NCBI GenBank assembly: GCA_047495785.1 | Contig: JBLDXI010000019.1 | Coordinates: forward strand, 1,674,001 to 1,738,000 | Length of the DNA: 64,000 nucleotides | Direction: 5' to 3' | DNA from: Lepidodermella squamata | Lineage: Eukaryota; Animalia; Gastrotricha | In this document: piece by piece, positions 46,719 to 57,339 of the stretch | How the letters are laid out: the number at the start of each line of letters is the position of its first letter | Numbering within the stretch: position 1 is the first letter of the stretch | Position numbers and translations under genes: made by a program | The notes under the pieces: generated by a model | Database searches by the model: none | The model's input: only the letters and a program-made list of their open reading frames with translations | What the model was told of the DNA's origin: nothing

Positions 46719-48625
46719 TTATTCGCTGTTCAGCTTTGCCAGCACCTCAGCGATCCCCTTGCCAAGATCAGCATGGCATTTCGTAAATTCAGCAACAGTT
46801 CGCTCCTGAATAAATTTCTGCGCATCCTTCAAATGATTGCCAATATTTTCCACCAATCGTTTACGCTCCTCAGGCTTAAGGACCTTGACCCAAAACTCGC
46901 CAACCTGCGTGTAATTATCCTCATCAGCCGAGTCATAACGCGCAACATCGCCCGTTGTAGTGAATCGGTGCTCGGCGAAATGTTCTCCCAAGCCGTGTTT
47001 CGGCCCGGAAAATGAGTTCGGGAAGTAATTCGGCGCTCCGCCCTGATTTTCAAAGCAAGCCGGCCCGTCGCGTTGGAAATTTCGAACAGGGCATTTCGGC
47101 CTGTTGACAGGCAGTTGCTGGTAGTTGGTGCCAAGACGGTGGCGATGCGCGTCCGAGTACGAGTACAAACGGCCCTGAAGCATCTTGTCCGGGCTGGCCT
47201 CGATGCCCGGGACCATGTGGGCCGGGGTGAAGGCCAATTGTTCGACTTCGGCGAAGTAATTCTCCGGGTTCCGGTCGAGGACCAACTCGCCGACGGGGAT
47301 CAACGGGAACTGCGAGTGCGGCCAGACTTTGGTTAGGTCAAAGGGGTTCCACTTCAGCTTTGCGGCCTCGTCGAATGTCATTACTTGGATCTGGAACGAC
47401 CAAGACGGGCGGTTGCCTTTGGCGATGGCATTGTAAAGGTCGCGGATGGCGTAGTCGGCGTCCTGCCCAGCAAGCTGAGTAGCCCGGGCCGCGTCCAAGT
47501 TCTTGATACCTTGGCACGTCTAAATGCGAGAAAAAATTAATTAAAAATTGAGAGCATGAATTTTGGTATATTGCTATAATTTAGAATTTTATTTAAAAAA
47601 TTCAAAATTAAATTCAAATTAAATTTTTAAAATATAAAAAACTCTGAAATTGTTGAGTTCTCAAATTTTAGAGAATCAAAATTAGGAGTTCTTGAATTTT
47701 GAATTTTGAATTTTGAATTTTCAAATGCCCGATTTTCAACTTGAATTTAAAAAAATGTGGAGAATCGGATTTAGGGTTGATTGGTTTGCTACCTATGCAG
47801 AAAAATTACTTTGAGGTGAAATTTGCAGTAAAAAGCCTCGCCCTGAGCGTTGACCAGCTTGAAGGTATGCGATCCATAGCCATTCATGAAGCGATAGCCA
47901 TCAGGGATGCCGCGTTCTGAGAACAAAAACGACACCTGGTGAAGCGATTCCGGCCTCAGGGAGATGAAGTCCCAGAACATATCAGCGTCCTTCAAATGCG
48001 TGGCCGGGTTTCGCTTTTGAGTGTGCACAAAGCTCGGGAACAAAATCGGATCGCGGATAAAGAAGACCGGCTAAAAATTCGAAATATTAACTCTAAAAAT
48101 AGTAATTAATCGAAAAATTACCGTATTATTTCCGACAAGATCCCAATTGCCCTCTTCGGTGTAGAATTTGACCGCAAATCCTCGAGGATCCCTTACAGTA
48201 TCGGCCGAGCCGCTTTCGCCTCCAACAGTTGAGAATCGAACAGCGACCGGGGTTCGTTTCCCGATTCCTTCGAAGACCTTAGCCTTGGAGTACTGGCTAA
48301 TGTCGTGGGTGACCTCAAAATATCCGAAAGCACCGGCGCCTTTCGCGTGAACTACACGCTCGGGGATGCGTTCGCGTTGAAAGTGGGACATTTCATCCTG
48401 TAAAAATTAGGTAAATTTATTGAATAAAATAAGGCGAAATAGTCTTACAGTGAAAATGAAATCCTGAATAAGAATAGGTCCGTGAGGTCCGGCGGTGAGA
48501 CTAGCGGTTTTATTACCGATCGGGGCTCCGTTGGCGGTGGTCATGATTGGATGATCCGAGGCCTTATCGCTATGCGCCTCCTTATATTCCAGCAATTGAT
48601 TGGCTGCTTTATCGCGTTGAGCCAT
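46719..48625 (-). CDS. CAT: Catalase (monofunctional heme catalase; 4 exons, about 504 aa)
   Basis: Exons 48625-48449, 48397-48122, 48070-47810, 47519-46719. [13 protein letters not shown] (distal His), [15 protein letters not shown] (proximal Tyr). Confidence 0.97.
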
Positions 48626-49532
48626 TTTAGAAATGTTGAATTCAAATATTTTCTAAAAAACCAGCAAGGATTCTAATATTTTTAGGTCTTGAATATTTTT
48701 GAGCAAGGAAAATTTATATGCACATGTATGCACATTTAATTTCTCCGGTAAAAACAGGGATAAAGGGTTGAAGATTCCCCCAGTGGGCGTAATTTCTAAA
48801 AATTAGTTCCCAATTTCTAACAAAATTCCGTAATTAAAAATGGTTGCGCAAATTATGGGACACGCTGCATATAGTTGTATAAATTACTAAAAAAAATTAA
48901 AAAAGATAGTGCGACTAGACCCAAGGCAAATTCGCGCTGGCTTATACAGCGAGTTTCACAATAATTACAAATAAATTTTGAATGTTATGCGCAAATGTGA
49001 TACACGATGCGCATTTCCTTAACGCCTAGTCGGAACTGCTCAAAATCAAAGCTAATGCATGTCAAAAAATATATACGTCAATATTTGCAGCTTCAATTAA
49101 GCAAAATCTTCGATGGCACGGAATATAGAAACACTTTTCCTATGTACAAATGACCGTATGAATCGAGAGGTTCCGTGAAGACGAATACAGGAAATGATTC
49201 TGTAAAAAACTCTGCAAGTACAAACTCGGAGCTGCGCAGCTGAAAAGTGCAAGAAAAAGTGATCCTATAGACGCTATTTATATAGGAGAATACGATAATA
49301 AAAAAATCAGTCATGTGACGCAAGTATTTGTGGACGGACGCCGGACGCCGGGCTACCCCGATTTTTTGCCTGACCCACAAAACACGAATATTCAGAAATT
49401 CAGCCCGGCCTCTGCATCAAAACAATGAGAAATCGAACGAGATTTCGAGAAACTTTTCAGGCAAAAAATCGGGGTAGTCCTGTGTTCGTCAACATAAATA
49501 CGTCATATGAAATCAGTATTAAAAAAGGGGAA

Positions 49533-49836
49533 AACTTTTTTCATCCGACCAATGTCTTTTTTTTATCCGACAACCAAAAATGTGACCAAAACCTGCCGAT
49601 TTGCTTTTTCATATTTTCAAAAAATTACAGTAAAAAAGTGACTACTCGGATCGCCATAAATCTTTCACCGTAAAATTCTGCCGGTTCAGGGGCCAACACA
49701 GGGTGCATGAAAAAGGTATGTCCCTACGGAAAAATCGACCTCGGAAAAATAGAGAAAATCAATATTTTCATGTCGGATGAGTTTAGTCACATTTTTGGTT
49801 GTCGGATGAAATAAGGCATTGGTCGGATAAAAAAGT
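49533..49836. mobile_element. MITE with about 65-bp imperfect TIRs built from TCCGAC subrepeats
   Basis: ATCCGACCAATG..ATCCGACAACCAAAAATGTGAC at left and its reverse complement at right. Confidence 0.75.
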
Positions 49837-50743
49837 CACCATTTCGATATTCTATATATAAGTGTTTCTATATTCTTGAGAATTTTTATCAATAATTTTG
49901 AGCATGAATTCTTGTATTCTTGAAATTGCCAGAATTAAGAATTTTCCCAATTTTAAATACAATTTTGAAAATTAAAGAGCCGAATCTGTACAACTGTATC
50001 GTTTTTTAGCCCCACTTAGGAGAAATGTTTTCATATGGATGAGTCGAGAAATTGCAGGGAATTAAGCAAAGAAGTAACTAATAGGTACGATTAGCCTTCA
50101 AAATGAACCTTAAATATAAAATTTCGCCTCGGGCAGAAATAGACCATTTTCAGATAAAATTGAACCTACTGAAAGCAGTTGAGACACTACTATGAATTTA
50201 TTGTGCCTAGCTTTTATATACTTGATATACGCTTTTTATCGCATCTGTTTATTCGCGTGCGGTTTTTTTTTCGGACACGCCAGAAAGCGGTCAAATTACG
50301 TGTGTGCGTATTTTTTGTTCACGCTAAATAAATACGTGTGGCTGATGTATAGCTCAATAGTAAAAGCAAAAAATAATATTATTATACAATACGCAAAGGT
50401 GCTTTCATGTCACGTGGTATCATTTTTTTATACTTTTTTTTGAAGGTTTCAACGTTCATGAAGCTTTGTTATACTTTCAAAACGCCTGCTCCAATTTCAA
50501 TACAAGAGGCTTGGGGACAATGGAACTCCAGTGAGCGATTAAGGCATGAGAGTTCCCAATTCCCAAGCTTAGCTTAAGCAAAATAGAAACATCCAAAATT
50601 ACCTGCATCTGATTATTCGTTAACAGCCTAAAATACTTTGTTCCGCGGCAGGTGAATGAAAATTCGATAGTGAAATTCCCCGCAAAATATCATCCATAAT
50701 TTATTAACAAAAATGTGTTTCGAGCAATGAAACTATTTCAGCG

Positions 50744-51124
50744 CTAGGCTACTTGTGACAGGTACCAACCGCCGGCGACGAGATCAACAATAAAAGCCGT
50801 TGCTAGAACAGACAAGCCTTGGGTTATTCCTACAGCATTCAAAAAAGCCACTAATACCCAGGAACAAATCAGTATCAACAGATCAATTGTTAACGGAAGT
50901 AGCACTTGTCCTAGGTAAGAAATCGCAATGGCTGAAAATAGCATAATATCGATAATGACGAGCACCGGCATGAAGAAGATGGCGAACAGCCGTTTGAATG
51001 TCTCCGCTGCGTCGGGTCTGCCGTGGCCGACTGGAGGTTCGGTCAGCCATTGTTGAGTTATCGGTTTCCAGCGTATTTCCTCTCGCTTTGAGAGGGCGAA
51101 AATTCCAACAATAAAACACGCCAT
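50744..51124 (-). CDS. Small orphan multi-pass membrane protein 1
   Basis: About 126-aa hydrophobic ORF. Shares MAC, KP, PL(T/S)ID.L and TA...D motifs with the neighbouring ORF. Confidence 0.6.
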   Translation of the reverse strand: MACFIVGIFALSKREEIRWKPITQQWLTEPPVGHGRPDAAETFKRLFAIFFMPVLVIIDIMLFSAIAISYLGQVLLPLTIDLLILICSWVLVAFLNAVGITQGLSVLATAFIVDLVAGGWYLSQVA

Positions 51125-51977
51125 TCTCCTAAAAATCAGAGAATGAATCATTTAACTTTGCGGCATTGCTCGTTAAATATTGATATGCGAAATTCAATTT
51201 TAGGAAATTAATCGAATGAGAAATTATGGCATTCAGTTTTTGTATCTTGAAACTCACAGTTGGGACAGAGTTATTTCCATTAACATGCTATGGTATCAAA
51301 TCATGATATGCGGCTTATCAAGAGTCGTAAATTAGCTTCAGAGAGCTGATAACGAAGTCTGGTGCAAAACACGCGTGTTGGCCAATTCGTACCACCTTAT
51401 GGGCAGCATGGTTTAGACATGCCAAATATGGATATTGCAGTCTCGGGAAATTAACACTTCAGGTTTCATTGCATTGAGCCTCGTGAATAAGGGAGAAATG
51501 AGATGAGAAAGTTCAAAATGAGGTTCAAAATAAAAACCCATAGCTCAAGACCCAAAATCCAAAATGGTCCAAGATGGTCCAAAAGTTGAAAAACTTGAGA
51601 ACTCCAGCCTTTTCCGGACTGATAAATGAAACGGAATTCAGAAGAAAAATTTCCGAACCATTTACTATTTACATTATCGAGCTTTTCCGGAGTACCTCTT
51701 CTTTAAATTCTCTTTGAATTAATTACAGTGATAGGAACTCTCCGTTAGTTCAATCACCAGACTGAAATATAAATAAAAAATTCATCATAGCACAAATTCA
51801 TCTGCTTGTTGCCATTTCAATTTCTCCAATTCCGAACCTCGAATCTTTGAACCTTCCGACAGCATCAGAAAAATTCACGCAAATTCTGAGAATTTTCGGG
51901 ATGGCTTGTCCACAAACTCATTCAAATGCGGATAACTTTCAAAAAAATACTGATTATCTTTTTATTCCTTAAGATGA

Positions 51978-52373
51978 TTAATGAGAATCATTGAGGTACT
52001 GTTGCTGGCCTTGGTAAATGAAATAAGAAATAGCCGTCATTGAGTCAATAAGAAGACCAGCTGTTGACGCGGAAAGCTGCCTGAGGTCTGTTAGGCTCTC
52101 TGACTTCACTGCCAAGTTGAATATAACATGCCCGACCGAGTAGGCTAGGTAATCGATTGACAAAGGCCCAATGCCGTGAACTATGAGCATCACCGCAACA
52201 GCAAATATATCGCAAATTAGAGCAATCAGCATCGCGAACGGTGCAAATAATGGCGTTAGAGCACTTCCAACTAAATTTCTCGTTTTTTCCACTGCGGTAA
52301 ATGTCATTGGTTTGATGCTGGCTACGTCCAAGTCGTAGAGCCGCTTGGCAATGCTGATCAGCAAGCAAGCCAT
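51978..52373 (-). CDS. Small orphan multi-pass membrane protein 2 (distant tandem paralog)
   Basis: 131-aa hydrophobic ORF, collinear motifs with 50744-51124. Confidence 0.6.
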   Translation of the reverse strand: MACLLISIAKRLYDLDVASIKPMTFTAVEKTRNLVGSALTPLFAPFAMLIALICDIFAVAVMLIVHGIGPLSIDYLAYSVGHVIFNLAVKSESLTDLRQLSASTAGLLIDSMTAISYFIYQGQQQYLNDSH

Positions 52374-52834
52374 GTTAACAATTCACAGCTACGAAATAAT
52401 CTCAGAAATGTTAAAAATTAGTATTGCTGTTCATTGAGGAAAGTTTGAATACGTGGTGATAAAAGACAACCTCTTTTGAGAATCCGGGAGCGATAAATAT
52501 GTTCTTTCCCCTTTTTGCACTAGTATTAGAGCCTCTTGGCATGATAAAAGCATGAAAAAGCGTATGGTGGTGTGACTGCGTGGTCAAATCATGCTGTGAA
52601 ACTTTTGATATGCACATGCGCCTATACAAGTATTGTCGCATTTATTGCAATAATTACAATAATTAAAATTTCATCAAAAAAAACTAATTTTCATCATTAA
52701 TTTTCAAAAATTTCATCAACAAATAATTAGTAATACACTTTCTCCCTATTAAAGTCAAATAAAATAAGTACACGAAAATAGTGAAAAAAATTATTAGAGG
52801 CGATAATGGCCAGTAACATTATTCCTATTCTCAA

Positions 52835-53152
52835 GGAAGTTACCGGATCATTGGGGTTTCCTGCGCAAATTTTAAATGGGTTTAAATGCAGTTAACGGAA
52901 CCATATTTTAGAATTCGCCTGAAATCGCCTTTCGGATATTTCTTGCGGGTCAAGATTGGCCACAATAATAATTGTAATAAAATCACCAGGAAATTCAGCG
53001 CAGCATTCTCTAAAGTAAGACAGAGTTTTCAATTAAGAATCTATGCTTCGCCTAAAATTCGTAAAAGTATTCAAAAATGACTTTTGGCATATTTCGACCA
53101 AGGTTCCGCAATACGCAAATTCGGTTCCGATACAGCAAATTTTGTTCCGCTA
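52835..53152. mobile_element. MITE, GGAACC/GGTTCC family
   Basis: Internal sequence (GCCTGAAATC..TTCGGATATTTCTTGC.GGTCAAGATTG..ATGCTTCGCCTAAAATTCGTA) shared with 58520-58822, with GGTTCCG repeats at right. Left boundary approximate. Confidence 0.7.
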
Positions 53153-53391
53153 AACAATGTTCTGATTTTATATGTGTTTGGGGAACTTGCGGAAGAAGGA
53201 TCGGAGAATTAAATCCAGAAAGCTAAATTAAAAAAGACCTCAATAGATCGCCGCTGTGTTTGAAGAACTGAGACCATTTTGATTGTTTTAATAACGACGG
53301 AAAACACGGAATATGCTAATTCAGCCTTTAATATATTGACTGCAGAAAATTCCAATAAATGAAATTTCAAGTCGTTTTAGTCTCTAGAAAA

Positions 53392-53540
53392 AGAGCATCC
53401 CGCCCTAAATTCTGCTACTTTTTGGGTTTTTCTCCTATTCAACCAGGTAAAATGTTAAAAAATATTCGGCAAATACCGAGTCATAGAGGAGTTATCGGGA
53501 TATCGTATGCCGGTTTCCGCAAGTTCCGAGTTTTCCAGTA
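53392..53540 (-). mobile_element. Terminal fragment of the CCCTAATTTCGGCC-family DNA transposon, inverted
   Basis: Reverse complement of 55190-55339 and 60600-60747. Confidence 0.7.
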
Positions 53541-53791
53541 CTTGCGATTTCGACTTTTTTCTATCCTATAAGATCGGCAATGACGCTCTTAACATTATAG
53601 GACACTGATGAAGTAAAAATTCAATATTTTTCGGGAAATCAGTGCTGCCAGACAAAAATTTGTTGAGTGTTTTCGAAATAAAAGATAATTAAATTTAAAA
53701 GAAATTTTTTATTGCTATTTTAAATAATATCATCAACTCTAAAATTGAGACAATTTTTCAAATTTTCAGAGATAAAAGAAGTAAAAAGAAA

Positions 53792-54232
53792 TCAGCAGTC
53801 CTTGATCGTTAAAAATTCCCGTGCCAGGTCGTTGGCCGTCATTTTATCGCTATTCTGAAGGCTAACATTGGCGCCCATCGACTGCAGCAGATCACACAAA
53901 TCGATATTGCCACGTGACGCCGCCGACATCAAAGCGCTCCAATTATTGACGTCCTGAGCGTTAACATCAGCGCCATTTTCTGCCAACAGCCGAACAACAT
54001 CGATATGACCGTTTCGGGCCGCTAAAATCAGAGCTGTTTCGCCATTCGCATTTCGAGCGTCGATAAGGCCGGGCTCGACTCGAGTCTGACAATTGGGCGA
54101 TTTTAGGCTGACAAGCTCTCGAATGCAGACTTCAATGTCGCCAGACAATGCGGCTCTCATCAACGGTGTCATCCCGGCTGGTTCTGGCTTCAATTTTCCA
54201 GGGCTTGATTTTTCGTCTTTCCCCTGATCCAT
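53792..54232 (-). CDS. Small intronless ankyrin-repeat protein (146 aa)
   Basis: GMTPLMRAA, GETALILAA, NWSALMSAA, KMTANDLA repeats. Confidence 0.8.
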   Translation of the reverse strand: MDQGKDEKSSPGKLKPEPAGMTPLMRAALSGDIEVCIRELVSLKSPNCQTRVEPGLIDARNANGETALILAARNGHIDVVRLLAENGADVNAQDVNNWSALMSAASRGNIDLCDLLQSMGANVSLQNSDKMTANDLAREFLTIKDC

Positions 54233-55154
54233 AAATTGTGTTTTGAAAAAAATCGTGTAATAGTACTCCAGAGTTCTCTTATTCCGATTACGTGGGTATA
54301 CGCATACATTTTGGTTCGGTTTATTTTCATTTTTATGGCGCGCATCGCCAGGCCGGGGCTATCATCACGCAGCTGAAATAGCCGTATTTATGTGGGGTTT
54401 TTTTCATGTTCCGGCTATGGTAATCAATGGTTTATGTGTTTTCGATTTGTTTTTGATGGTACGGAGTAGCCGCTCCGGATCAAAGCCTTTCGAGAGCTAT
54501 CGCTCAACAGATCTCACTAACTATGTAGGTATAATGATAATGGACAGAATATTTTGAGTTTCGGTTATTAGGAGAAAATGCCGAACTTCTTTCAGAAATG
54601 AATCATCTCGTAAGAATCTTGATCCCTGAAATCGATTGAACTCTCGTAAAATGAGAACATGCAGATGTTGAAAAATTAGCATGCCGAAAGATAAGGAGTT
54701 CAGCAATTGATCGAAGTCAGAGATAAAGGCTTTCACGAAGAAAATCGAAATTTTTCATTTTTCGAATTGGAAAACGTATTAAGGAGGATACTCCATGGTA
54801 AAACAATATAGTGATATACCGAAAGCAAGAAATTCATCAGGATAGCGAATTTCCTAGCTGAGACCCAATCATTTCAGAACTTTGCAAATTTCATTATCGA
54901 GTTGTCCATTTTTTACCATTTTTTATTATAAGCGGGGTCCAAATTACGATATATTGGGAAATTTGAGCTAATTTCTCTTCGCTTTAAACGTAACGTTAAA
55001 TCGGTGAACTAATTCGGGAAAACAAAGTCGATACTCTCATTCTATACAAGAGTCAAGGGATTTTTTAGATATTTTTCCAGAATTTTAGAAAGTCAACCGC
55101 AGTTAGGCTATTACGTAGAAAACAAGCTATCAAACTTGTATCTGTGAAAACGGG

Positions 55155-55339
55155 GTGTCTGGGTGACTAAAAAATTAGCCATGAATCAAGGTAAAATCGT
55201 CCGGACTTGCGGAAAGCGGCATTCGATACCCTAAGAACTCATCTTTAATTCTGCTTTTGTCGAATATTTTATAAAATTCACCTGGCTGGCAACGTATGAA
55301 AAACCTGAAAAGCGGCCGAAATTAGGGCGGGGTGCTCTA
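55155..55339 (+). mobile_element. Terminal fragment of the CCCTAATTTCGGCC-family DNA transposon
   Basis: Aligns with about 60565-60747 and ends GTGCTC-TA. Confidence 0.7.
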
Positions 55340-55433
55340 TCAATTTAATGAGGAGTTTTAAGAATCTCAAGAATTTCAAGCATTCTTTTGCTATTGGAAC
55401 TCCTCAATTTCTTGGAATTCCTCATTGAATTGA
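55340..55433. repeat. About 94-bp palindromic mini-element
   Basis: TCAATTTAATGAGGAGTTTTAAGAA ... TTCTTGGAATTCCTCATTGAATTGA imperfect inverted repeat. Confidence 0.55.
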
Positions 55434-56171
55434 TGCGCATCGAATTCGACTTCTGCAGAATTTTTGGCCACCCTGTATAATGCGTGTATAAACTTGCAAA
55501 AAAGGCTTCGTATTTTTAATATTTTTAATAATGACTCTTATCTATGATTTAGAACCTTTTCTTCGAGCGAGGTTCTATAGCTAAATAATTGGTTCCAAAT
55601 AAACATTAGATTTGTATTCGTCGTTGTATTTTATTTCACAATTCTATATGATCATTAGTCATCAAAAAATGAAAAATGGCTGATATTAACGATGCTGCTA
55701 GATTTCAAGGGCGCAACCCGGCCGAGTTCAATTGTTTTTTTTCTCGTAATTTCTATCAAAAGCTACTTAACGTTAAATTAACGCCACCTTACGTGTTAAG
55801 GTAAATTCATTATTCGCGCCCGAGTATGGCTATATCACGTTTTTTTCGCCGCATTAACACACACACACACACAGGCGCCGTTGCTGGCTTTCTGCGGCGA
55901 GAAAAAAACGCTACAATACAAAGAGTTACAGACTTCTGACCGAACAAGCTGGTGGCTTTGAAGTGGTCATTTTTTTCTCATGATGATGATAATAAAATAT
56001 ATTATAACAAAAGTCAGAATATTTCTCGCATCATTTTTTGCGCCGTTGTTGTTGGTGGCGGCCGCGATCTTAAGTACGGCGGCGCGTAGGCTGAATAAAA
56101 AGCGTACATAGCCGGCGCCTTTCTTCATTCGAACTTTTTTGCCTCTCATCGTCAAATTTGTGTCCACCGTC

Positions 56172-56578
56172 ATGGCTGTTCTTCGCCTCATCGTCATCGC
56201 CGTTGTCCTCGGCGTTGCCATCGCCCAAGACCCGCCACTTCCCGACGTCGATGTTGGATGGTGGTTCCAAGTACGCTGAATTCCTTACCTTATTCCTTAC
56301 CATTCCTTACCCTAGTTTTTCCGATTTTTTAAATAATTTTGTCGTAATTTTTATAATTTTAGCCCGCTCCAGCATTGAACCCGTTCGTCCCTGGCTGCAA
56401 CCCTCTGCCAGTCCTCGCTAATGGAGTCTACAGCTGGGGCGCCTGGGGCCACACTGGAGCCCGCACCATCGTCTGCAACAAGGGTTACCAACTCGACGGC
56501 GCCGATACCGTTGTTTGCCAGCCCGACGGCTCGTGGACCACCCCTGGCCAGTGCCGCGCCAAGGCCAACGTCTACTAA
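56172..56578 (+). CDS. Small secreted single-Sushi/CCP-domain protein (2 exons, 104 aa)
   Basis: Exon 56172-56270 (signal peptide MAVLRLIVIAVVLGVAIAQ) and exon 56363-56578 (CNPLPVLANG..CNKGYQLDG..CQPDGSWT..C). AATAAA at about 56688. Confidence 0.85.
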
Positions 56579-57339
56579 ACATCAACTCATGACTCTTTGT
56601 TATTGCTGTATAGCTCAGTGATATCCACCATCAACCGTCATCACTGCCAACAACACTGCCAAATTTCAAGTTCCAACATCGAAACTGAATAAAAAATTGA
56701 ATATTTTCGAGACAGCCTTCGTATGTTCAGTTATCTTGTTGATCAGCTCGACAAGTTAGGAGGTCAATACGAGAGTAAATTAGAATACCGCCGCCTCACA
56801 CCTCGATATAAGAATGGCAGAAATGTAGAATTTGTTCAATTTTTTAATTGAAATTGAAATATGCACCTAAATTTTAGCAGCATGCAGCATGGATTTTGCT
56901 ATCTCTGGTGATTTCATTCAGAATTAGATACTGTTTGAAACCTCTTTTACTTATTCAAAAAATTTCAAGCTTCAAGGCAAGCGATAACTAATTCTACCCA
57001 AGAAATAAATTCATGAGGATTTTGATAAAGCCGTGAATATGCAAATGAGGCATTTAAAATAATCCATATACCTTCAACTATTTTATAGAATGAAGGTAAA
57101 ATAATGTAAAAATTACAGAAATTTTCACAGCCATCCGAAATCGGCGCTACCTTCAAGTTCTGATAAGTTCTAATTTTCATACTTTTTTTCTGATTTTCTG
57201 TACCTGAAAAACAAGATTTTCTGATTTTGTCCAAAATAAGAGCACTCACAAAAAAAACAAAGGAAAATTTATTTATTTTGCACCTCAAATTCGAATAGGT
57301 ATGAAACTTGAAAGATCACAACTTTATCAACATCCTCAA

